A DNA stretch of 64,000 nt from contig JAHHIM010000021.1 in assembly GCA_019358915.1 (NCBI GenBank), positions 13,214-77,213 of the forward strand, given 5' to 3'. The notes under the pieces were generated by a model. That model was not told where the DNA came from and made no database searches. It was given only the letters and a program-made list of their open reading frames with translations. The translations under genes and the position numbers were made by a program. Source of the DNA: Trichormus sp. ATA11-4-KO1 (GTDB taxonomy: Bacteria; Cyanobacteriota; Cyanobacteriia; Cyanobacteriales; Nostocaceae). Shown one piece after another: positions 34,020-42,103 of this stretch (position 1 is the stretch's first letter; each line of letters starts with the position of its first letter).

Positions 34020-36230
34020 CTAATTATCAATATAAAAAGAACTCTTTTTTGGATCAATTAGGTTTGAAGCTATACTTGTTGACCGTAATGCCATATTCAT
34101 GAGAGTTTTTTGTGAGTTAGTTTCTGAACAATCGTCACAGGGACGGCGTTGAATATAACTACCATCAGGTTGTAACTCCCAAGCTTGACGATTATCGGCT
34201 AACATAATTCCCAAAATTTCCTGCAAATCTTTGGCAATATCTGGGTCTTTAATCGGCGTAATTACTTCGACTCGGCGATCTAAATTGCGGCGCATCCAAT
34301 CAGCGCTGCCAATATAAATTTCCTCTTGTCCATTGTTATGGAAATAGTAAATGCGAGAGTGTTCTAAAAAGCGCCCGATAATGCTGAGGACACGAATATT
34401 TTCACTAATGTCTTTGAGTTGCGGACGCAAACAACAAATACCCCGAATAATCAGGTCAATTTGCACTCCGGCGCGGGAGGCTTCATACAAAGTGGTGATG
34501 ATTTGCGGATCAACTAGGGAATTCATTTTGGCAACAATGCGCCCGGAAAAGCCATTTTGGACATTTTCGATTTCGCGATGAATTAATGCCAAAAAGCGAT
34601 CGCGCATATTCACAGGTGCTACCAACAACTCTCGATAAGATTTTTGTCGAGAATAGCCTGTTAAAAAATTAAATAAATCTGTAACATCAGCACCTAATTC
34701 TTCACGGCAGCTAAACAATCCCAAATCTGTATAAAGCCGCGCTGTTTTGGGATTATAGTTGCCAGTACCAATATGTATGTAGCGTCGCATCCGGTCTTTT
34801 TCTCGTCGCACCACCATGACGGTTTTGCAATGGGTTTTTAGTCCTACTAGACCATAGACAACATGCACACCAACTCTTTCTAAACTTCTGGCCCAATAAA
34901 TATTATTTTCTTCATCAAACCGTGCCTTTAATTCCACTAATACAGACACTTGCTTGCTATTTTCCGCCGCCGCAATGAGAGCTTTGACTATGGGTGAGTC
35001 CCCAGAAGTGCGGTAAAGGGTCATTTTAATAGCCAGCACATTCGGGTCATGAGCGGCGTGGGTAATAAAGCGCACCACTGTTGACGAAAAGGATTGATAG
35101 GGATGGTGTACTAGCAAATCCTTTTCCCGAATTACCGCAAAAAAGTCCTGTCCTTCTTCTAATTCCAAAGCATCTGAGGTTAAACTCGGTTCTCTCAATC
35201 TTTGCAGACGAGAAGGAACTACAGATTGGCGTGGTGGTTCTTTGAGTTCGGGTAATGGCAATGCCATAAAATACATTAAATCCCGTAGTCCCAGAAGACC
35301 ATCAACTTCGTAAACATCGCTTTCTGTTAAGTCCAAATCTTGCAACAACCGAGAACGTATGGGGTCAGGCGTTTGTGATTTTATTTCTAGTCTGACGGTT
35401 GTTCCACCCATGCGCCGTTTTCGTAGTTCCTGTTCAATGGCTAACAGCAAGTCATCTGCTTCATCTTCTTCTAGCGCGAGATCGGCATCACGGGTAATGC
35501 GAAAAGGATGATATTCTTGGATATTCATTCCTGGAAATAAAAATTCCAGGTTATGAGCGATCGCCTGTTCTAAAGGTACACCAGTCCAGTGTACAGGTTG
35601 TTCAGTTTCGGAAACACCCAACTCCGGTGGTAAAGGCAAAAATCGCGGTAGCACGTTGGGGACTTTGACCCGCGCAAAAAATTCTTCTTCGGTATCTGGG
35701 TTTTTGACCACAACTGCCAAATTCAAGCTGAGATTGGAAATGAAGGGAAAAGGATGGCTAGGGTCAACAGCTAGGGGAGTCAGCACCGGAAAGATTTGTT
35801 CTTCAAAGTAGTTGTCTAAATAAGTTCGCTGTTTTTGATTTAAATCGATGTAATCCAAAATATGGATGCCATGACCGACTAGCAGAGGTTGCAGCACTTG
35901 CTCAAACTGTTGGTGCTGTTTTGTTACCAGAGGACTGAGAGTCGATCTAATATCGTCTAGCTGTTGTTGCGGTGTGCGACCATCGGGAGTTAACTGACTA
36001 ACTTTTGCTTCTACCTGTTGTTTTAAGGCCGCAACACGCACCATAAAGAACTCATCTAAATTGGCACTGAAGATTGCCAAAAATTTTAGCCGTTCCAAAA
36101 GCAGCGTTCGCGGGTCACAGGCTTCGTGCAGTACTCTACTGTTAAATTCTAACCAGCTTAACTCGCGGTTAATGTAATATTGCGGATCGTTCAAATCAAT
36201 GGGATTGGCGCTCTTCTTTGATTTCGGCAT
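34020..36230 (-). CDS. ppk1: polyphosphate kinase 1
   Basis: NRELSWLEFN, NLDEFFMVRV, HHPY, ELKARFDE, LKTHCK, RFLEHSR, SADWM; ATG at 36230. Confidence 0.97.
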   Translation of the reverse strand: MPKSKKSANPIDLNDPQYYINRELSWLEFNSRVLHEACDPRTLLLERLKFLAIFSANLDEFFMVRVAALKQQVEAKVSQLTPDGRTPQQQLDDIRSTLSPLVTKQHQQFEQVLQPLLVGHGIHILDYIDLNQKQRTYLDNYFEEQIFPVLTPLAVDPSHPFPFISNLSLNLAVVVKNPDTEEEFFARVKVPNVLPRFLPLPPELGVSETEQPVHWTGVPLEQAIAHNLEFLFPGMNIQEYHPFRITRDADLALEEDEADDLLLAIEQELRKRRMGGTTVRLEIKSQTPDPIRSRLLQDLDLTESDVYEVDGLLGLRDLMYFMALPLPELKEPPRQSVVPSRLQRLREPSLTSDALELEEGQDFFAVIREKDLLVHHPYQSFSSTVVRFITHAAHDPNVLAIKMTLYRTSGDSPIVKALIAAAENSKQVSVLVELKARFDEENNIYWARSLERVGVHVVYGLVGLKTHCKTVMVVRREKDRMRRYIHIGTGNYNPKTARLYTDLGLFSCREELGADVTDLFNFLTGYSRQKSYRELLVAPVNMRDRFLALIHREIENVQNGFSGRIVAKMNSLVDPQIITTLYEASRAGVQIDLIIRGICCLRPQLKDISENIRVLSIIGRFLEHSRIYYFHNNGQEEIYIGSADWMRRNLDRRVEVITPIKDPDIAKDLQEILGIMLADNRQAWELQPDGSYIQRRPCDDCSETNSQKTLMNMALRSTSIASNLIDPKKSSFYIDN

Positions 36231-36343
36231 GACGATCTCAGGGTAGCCAGATGAGCTAATACAGCTGGGGGACAATACATATAGTAGATGAAATTGGCAT
36301 ACGAAGTAAGGGGATAGGGGAATGGGGGGACAAGGGGAACTCA

Positions 36344-39300
36344 TCAATCCTTAATAGTTTCCTTCACTGCGGCAGCAATTGGTAATTGCAGATTTTGGTC
36401 ATAGATAAAGTCTTTGTTAATTGCTACCTCTAGTTTGGGGAGGGTCAAGCTGTTAGCAATACCATCTTGGTTAGGAATCAGCAATGTGTAATTGCCAACT
36501 GGTACTCCATCTAGACGATAAAGACCAAATTGGTCAGTTACCGTTGATAAAACACGTGCGCCAGCAGGATTGATGAGTTCCACTCGCACTTGTGCCATTG
36601 GCTGACCTGTGACATCTGTGATTTGTCCTGCTAAACCATATTCTTCTCTAACAGGAAAATTTAAATTAGTGATTGCCGCGCCTGCAACCTCAGCTACTAT
36701 GCTGGTTCTATCTAAAGAAAGCTCAATAGGCAATCTATCCGGGTCTAGCTCAATGATATAAACACCTTCTTTGAGGTTGCCAACAAAGAAATTTCCTAAC
36801 GAGTCAGTTTTGGCAGCACCAACTCGATTATTGCGATTATCTATTACCCTAACGTTAGCTCCACCCAAATCAAAGCCTCTTCTTCCGCCTGCAACCTCAA
36901 TTTTTCCAGAGATCGCACCGCGTTCTTTTCCTAAACCATAAGACCTAGCTGGAGCAACACCACCCCCGGCAAAAGACAAGTCTGATACTAGTAGAACCGT
37001 GAGGCGTTCGTCGCCAAATCCTCCTAAAACGTTTCGACTTCTGGAAGGAATACCTTGATATTCCAGCCGACCAAATAAGCCGGGAAGCAACTGCATACTA
37101 GCACCAACGATTGGCCCGACATTACCGTCGCTGAAAGCTGCGCCTAGTCTCCAACTCAGTCCGTTGAGGTTCCGAGAATTATAATTTAGCGTTGTAGAAT
37201 AACGCGGAGCTAAATCAGCACCAAATTCGCCACCCAAAGATACTTGGTACTCTCTATTTAACCTGTAGGTGAAATCTGAAGTGTATATATCACCAAAGGT
37301 GTTGAAAGCCAGTCTCATTGAGCGATTAGGGACATATAAAGTACTAAATAAATATCTCCCGTCTAAATCTGGTCTACCCCTCATAGATAAGCCAGAAAAA
37401 GGATTGAAGGCAAAAGTAGGCAATATATAATCGGCGCTTCTCGATTCATCTTGGCGGCTACGGGCAATGACTCCCACATTGAAATTATTACTGAAACGAT
37501 ATTTTGCTTCTAAACTATGATTAAAGCGATCGCGTGACTGTCTAGTTGAGTTATATCCAGAAGGAAACAACTGGGAATTACCCAGGATTTCAAATTGACC
37601 TAAATTAATATCTAAATCGGTTGTGTAGCCTAATTGACCGCGAGACATGCCCAAACTGGTAGCGAGAACCGCCGGGTTTGCTAGTCGCCAAATAAAGCCA
37701 GCTTGTGTCTGTAAAGTACCAGGAATCGATTGTACAGAACCTTCAAACGTTAAATTCTCAGACAGTCCTTGACGTAATTGGTAAAACCCAACTAATCTAC
37801 CTGCTTCTGAGCCGAAATCTCCAAATAAAGAATCCTGGACTAAATTACCGCTTAATCCTAAGCCACCTAGTTGGACATTACCGCCTGCGGGGAGCAACAA
37901 ATCAGAAGCATTTAATCTCAACGAGCGAATTTCAATTGGGATGTTAATGTTGTTGCGATCGTAGACCAACAGTTCTATTTCATTATTGTTACCACTAGGT
38001 AAATTAACATCAATAAATTCATAGATGCCATTGAGTCCAACTTGCTGCTGTGCAACTATAATTCCACTAACTCTTAGCTGCACGAAACTTGCTGGTGGTA
38101 CTTCACCCTGGAATGTTTGTAAAGGTCTAGAGCGTCTAGGTAACAATTCAGCCGCGCTATATTGTTGAGCAAATCTATCAACGGGCAAATTACTAAAACC
38201 AAATTGCGCTCCTGTCAAATTCATCCCATTTAGTAGGGGATGTAAACCTATTTGTTGCCTACCTAGTTGATAGCGAAATTGATTCTCACGTTTATAGAAA
38301 AAGTATTCGGAAACATCTGGTTGATTAACAAAGGTGTTATTTAGCCGTACTCGCCAATTACCGCCTGCTAGTCTTCCTCCTACAAGTGTAGAACTACGTA
38401 AGCGCGTATTTCCAGCAAAGTTGGTAACCTGTAATTCTTGTCTTAAATTAGAAAGGGCAGTGCTAGGAGGGAGAAATTCAGGCTGTAATTCGGCTGCTGT
38501 CTGTCTAGGTGCGTTGCTGCCTCGCCGCCAAGGTAAATCAACAATTAAGGCTAAATTAGCAGAATTGAAATTTATAGATGTAGATAATTTTTCTTGAAGT
38601 TTGGTATCATTGATGTAGATTGTATCATCAATTTGTTTTACTTCACTGGCTAATAAATTAGCTACACCTAAAGGTGTTTTTAATTGAATATTACCTTCAA
38701 CATTTTCAATACTAATGCCAGCAATTTCTGCAAATGCTTGTAAAGGAACCAAAATTGAATTGGCATCAATCCGAATATCTAATGTACCAACTTCCCGATT
38801 GTTAATAATTACCCCAACTAGGAAATTTCCGTCATTAGCTTTTATATTTTGGGTAATAGTAGATGTACCTGGATTTACAGGTGTAGAAATACTACTATTA
38901 TTGTCTATCGGTTTACTATCACTAGCAGATTTCGTAGTAGACGCAGGAGTATCTACTGCCACACTAGTAGAATTTTCTGCTAGCTGCTCACCTGGTTTTG
39001 CTTCTACAGGAAGATTAGCAAGTACCTTAACTTCTAAATTAGGCTTAGTTGATGGACTTTGTAAAGCCGCTTCACCAGTTGAGAATTCGGGTGCAAACCC
39101 TTGATTTTCGGTAGATGTAGTAGTTACAGATATTGAATTTTGCTGCTGTACTACAACCTCTGCGGAATCTAAAGTTTGTACATTCGCTAATGTAGCATTA
39201 CCACCATTTTCTAAGTCAGATTCCTTGCTTTTCAGTTTGTTTAGAAGAGTTAGTTGTTTCTTATTCCAAACCTTATCAACAAGACTTTCTGTCTGTGTGG

Positions 39301-39346
39301 TGATAACAATAATAGGTGGTGTAGGTGGTAAAGCTAAATGCAGCAT
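36344..39346 (-). CDS. usher-like outer-membrane protein with C-terminal carboxypeptidase-regulatory-like domains
   Basis: Beta-strand-rich central region with a plug-like segment (FQGEVPPASFVQLRVSG...YEF.DV.L), two C-terminal G.I.G...TD..G.F/Y Ig-like domains; lies downstream of a PapD-like gene. Confidence 0.7.
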   Translation of the reverse strand: MLHLALPPTPPIIVITTQTESLVDKVWNKKQLTLLNKLKSKESDLENGGNATLANVQTLDSAEVVVQQQNSISVTTTSTENQGFAPEFSTGEAALQSPSTKPNLEVKVLANLPVEAKPGEQLAENSTSVAVDTPASTTKSASDSKPIDNNSSISTPVNPGTSTITQNIKANDGNFLVGVIINNREVGTLDIRIDANSILVPLQAFAEIAGISIENVEGNIQLKTPLGVANLLASEVKQIDDTIYINDTKLQEKLSTSINFNSANLALIVDLPWRRGSNAPRQTAAELQPEFLPPSTALSNLRQELQVTNFAGNTRLRSSTLVGGRLAGGNWRVRLNNTFVNQPDVSEYFFYKRENQFRYQLGRQQIGLHPLLNGMNLTGAQFGFSNLPVDRFAQQYSAAELLPRRSRPLQTFQGEVPPASFVQLRVSGIIVAQQQVGLNGIYEFIDVNLPSGNNNEIELLVYDRNNINIPIEIRSLRLNASDLLLPAGGNVQLGGLGLSGNLVQDSLFGDFGSEAGRLVGFYQLRQGLSENLTFEGSVQSIPGTLQTQAGFIWRLANPAVLATSLGMSRGQLGYTTDLDINLGQFEILGNSQLFPSGYNSTRQSRDRFNHSLEAKYRFSNNFNVGVIARSRQDESRSADYILPTFAFNPFSGLSMRGRPDLDGRYLFSTLYVPNRSMRLAFNTFGDIYTSDFTYRLNREYQVSLGGEFGADLAPRYSTTLNYNSRNLNGLSWRLGAAFSDGNVGPIVGASMQLLPGLFGRLEYQGIPSRSRNVLGGFGDERLTVLLVSDLSFAGGGVAPARSYGLGKERGAISGKIEVAGGRRGFDLGGANVRVIDNRNNRVGAAKTDSLGNFFVGNLKEGVYIIELDPDRLPIELSLDRTSIVAEVAGAAITNLNFPVREEYGLAGQITDVTGQPMAQVRVELINPAGARVLSTVTDQFGLYRLDGVPVGNYTLLIPNQDGIANSLTLPKLEVAINKDFIYDQNLQLPIAAAVKETIKD

Positions 39347-39676
39347 ATTTAATTAAGTACAAAAGTTAGGTGAAATTGGGAAAGTAAGCGAAAATTTACT
39401 GCTTAAATAATTTGTTGCAGCAAATAAAATCAGGCGTAGTAAAAACTAACTTCGCCTGAGAGGATGTTTTAGAAATTACAAAAAATACTCAAAGACCTCT
39501 CGCCAACCTTCTCTCCTACAAAGAAAGAAGCTTTAATTATTTGATTTTTCCCCATTCCCGCGTTAGGTTTTGCTAATAAAGCGAAGAGTTTGAGGGATTA
39601 GGTTTGAGAGCTTTGATGTTAAACAAGATACTTTCCAAACAACCCCTGATAAGTTCAGCTGACAATTCAGCAAAAG

Positions 39677-40600
39677 CTATCTTGGACGCAGACGATTTCT
39701 CAAATTACGAGCAGTAGCAGGCTGAGGTTTATTTGAACTGGATGTGGTAGCAGTAGCTTCTGGAACAACAAAGGGAATACCTTGCTCAATTTTTACTCCA
39801 TTTAACTCGCCGTTAATATCTAAAACATATTTACCGGGAGCTAATTTTTGAGTAATAGGTAACTGAAGGCGGCGACGAGTATCAGGTAATACAGGTAACA
39901 AAGGTAATTTCCCTGCATCTAATAAATTTTCTGGTAGTTTTTGTCCAGGCTTTTCTACATTAGCTATGGGTTTTGTAGATTCAGCACCCGGATATTGAGC
40001 AGCCGGCCAGATAGCATATTGACCTTTCAAACGGACGTAACCAGTGCCTTGACTAGAAACATCAAAGTTTGCTGTCACACCATTAGGTTGAGGATCTACA
40101 GTAATGGAATTGAGCACACCAACTCGTTTGATGTCTCCTACATAACCATAGATCACAACCCCCATACGTCCCACTGAGCGTACACCTTGGGTTTGGTTAC
40201 TAGCAGAGGGAATTTCTTCAAAATAAATTACAGCACGATGCTCACCCGGTTTAGGTTCAACTCTGGGACGAATGGCAAAACGTAAAGTTTGAGCGCTGTT
40301 AGGTGGAACAGTAAATTGAGAAGGCGTAAACACAACCCACTGATCTAATGATTCCGCAGTGGGGGGAACCTCGACAAATTTATTATCCTCACTCATTTTC
40401 CAAGTCCGGACGTAGGCCTTAATTTCAACCGGTTTAGAAGAAAAATTAAGTACACGAATTGCTTGTGTCCGGGTTTTCCGATTGATTTCTAGCTCAATTC
40501 GGGATGGGCTGACACCAATATTGAGAGCTTCAGCACTTGGTATCCCTAGGGCAAGTAACCCTACTAAACTTAAGGCTAAATTAGCGGCTCTGCGAAACAT
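39677..40600 (-). CDS. PapD-like pilus assembly chaperone
   Basis: Signal peptide (AEA), IGVSPSRIEL, IRVLN, VFTPSQFTVPPNSAQTLRF, EHRAVIYFEE. Confidence 0.82.
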   Translation of the reverse strand: MFRRAANLALSLVGLLALGIPSAEALNIGVSPSRIELEINRKTRTQAIRVLNFSSKPVEIKAYVRTWKMSEDNKFVEVPPTAESLDQWVVFTPSQFTVPPNSAQTLRFAIRPRVEPKPGEHRAVIYFEEIPSASNQTQGVRSVGRMGVVIYGYVGDIKRVGVLNSITVDPQPNGVTANFDVSSQGTGYVRLKGQYAIWPAAQYPGAESTKPIANVEKPGQKLPENLLDAGKLPLLPVLPDTRRRLQLPITQKLAPGKYVLDINGELNGVKIEQGIPFVVPEATATTSSSNKPQPATARNLRNRLRPR

Positions 40601-40656
40601 TTGTGATAAAGTTTTAACCTTTAGATACTCGTTGGTTGATAAGTACTACTAAGCAA

Positions 40657-41214
40657 CTAACGTTGATTTACCGTTACTGTAATTACGCCCCCATAGGCTC
40701 CCGCAGTTCGTGCATTTGCCAGGTCAAACTGCAACAGTGCGCCCCCTTGAACTAAAGCGGTAGTTTCATCACGGGAAATTTCGATAATAGGTAAAGGTTC
40801 AATAGCAACGTTCACTGTTTGCTCAGAACGATGATGGCTGCTAAACCTATTACTTTGTCCATTCCCAGCCTTGAGTTCATAAGTGGCGTAGAGAGAACCC
40901 ACTTGATCTATGGGAACCCGCATCTGCCAAAGTGCTGGCAACTCGCGAGCAATCACTGTATTAAATTGCACAGGAGCTAGCAAGTCTTGATTGTCTCTGA
41001 CTGTCTCACTAATAGGAGCAGGTATCATCTCTCCTGGCTGTTGGCGAGGAATAGTCAGTTGTTGAGGGGTTGATAGCTGATAGATGCGGGTTGGCTCTGG
41101 CAAATCTAGGGGTTGAGCTAAAGCCTGAGATAGGGGCCAAGCCAGCAACCCCATTAAAATACCCAGGCTATATTTAAACTTGCGTTGGCAACTAATTTTC
41201 TGATTGTTGTCCAT
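40657..41214 (-). CDS. putative minor pilin-like secreted protein
   Basis: Signal peptide (..SQALA); C-terminal FDL.NA..AGAYGGVITVTV, similar to the neighbouring subunit; ATG at 41214. Confidence 0.6.
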   Translation of the reverse strand: MDNNQKISCQRKFKYSLGILMGLLAWPLSQALAQPLDLPEPTRIYQLSTPQQLTIPRQQPGEMIPAPISETVRDNQDLLAPVQFNTVIARELPALWQMRVPIDQVGSLYATYELKAGNGQSNRFSSHHRSEQTVNVAIEPLPIIEISRDETTALVQGGALLQFDLANARTAGAYGGVITVTVNQR

Positions 41215-41264
41215 GTGACTGGATTTTTTCAAGATATTCTGGCTGTAATTTTTCTTTTTGAGAA

Positions 41265-41306
41265 AGGCATCCTGCTGGCTTAATAAAAGCAGCAGGCAAG
41301 ATGCCT
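41265..41306 (-). terminator. stem-loop directly after the major pilin-like gene
   Basis: AGGCATCTTGCCTGCTG ... CAGCAGGATGCCT followed by TTCT on the minus strand. Confidence 0.5.
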
Positions 41307-41324
41307 GCACCAATGATGATGAAA

Positions 41325-41915
41325 CTACGGAGCTTCAACGCTGACGTTAATGACACCTCCAGTGTAAGTCTCGGCTACTGTAGCACCATTCAAGTCAAAT
41401 TCTATGTCTGCACCGCCAACATAAGGTGTCTCTAAACCAGGTGCAGTAGTTGGGTCAGTGCTAGTTTTGGTGACACTGACAATTGTTGCAGTACCACCGC
41501 CTGCTGATGTCAGCCCTGTTGTAGTGGGGGTTAAGGTGACGTTAACACCACCATCAGGGTTGTTAGACCAAACTGCGAATAGTTCAGCTACTGGTTTTGT
41601 GATGCTGCCACCTGTTAAACCACCAAATGGGCTGGTTTGATCGATAAGAGTAGTACCATCTGAGATAGGGCTTAGGCTGTCGAAATCTTGTCCAATTCCA
41701 CCTGTTGTTACTGCTGTACCTCCAGCCAATTCATCTTCGGTAATCGTCAAAGAAAGTGTCTCAAAAGTCCGCAAATAAAGTACTTCCGGCACTTCAAGTT
41801 CAACGTTCACATCTTGGTCAACAGCTAGTTGAGCGTGAGCTGGTGCGGAGAACAAAGCGCTACCTACAGCAGCAATGCCAGCTACGGCGAAAATGGCTAG
41901 AAATTTGTTTTTCAT
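41325..41915 (-). CDS. putative major pilin subunit (chaperone-usher type)
   Basis: Signal peptide (..SAPAHA), N-terminal alternating strand DVNVELEVP, Gly/Thr-rich, no Cys, C-terminal ETYTGGVINVSV. Confidence 0.68.
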   Translation of the reverse strand: MKNKFLAIFAVAGIAAVGSALFSAPAHAQLAVDQDVNVELEVPEVLYLRTFETLSLTITEDELAGGTAVTTGGIGQDFDSLSPISDGTTLIDQTSPFGGLTGGSITKPVAELFAVWSNNPDGGVNVTLTPTTTGLTSAGGGTATIVSVTKTSTDPTTAPGLETPYVGGADIEFDLNGATVAETYTGGVINVSVEAP

Positions 41916-42103
41916 GTTGAAATTCTTCCCTGGTTGTATCTGTGTGAATTCGGTTACTTGTGAATTTCCCGGCTTTTTCGCTGGGGTGGGAAACTGCGAT
42001 TTTGTGAGTCACTATTGAACAGTGATTTCCCAATTGTTCGAGAGTTGCTTAAAATGTAAACAAAGATTTTTACTTAGTTAATCGGTTATAAACATCACCT
42101 CCT

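Noticed and set aside
36231..36347. N-terminal extension of ppk1 overlapping the usher stop
   Set aside because: Encoded partly by heptamer repeat DNA; ATG 36230 fits the family start
41943..41958. CRP-like site TGTGA-N6-TTACT before the pilin gene
   Set aside because: Second half-site matches only 3/5 and it lies too close to the start codon to be convincing
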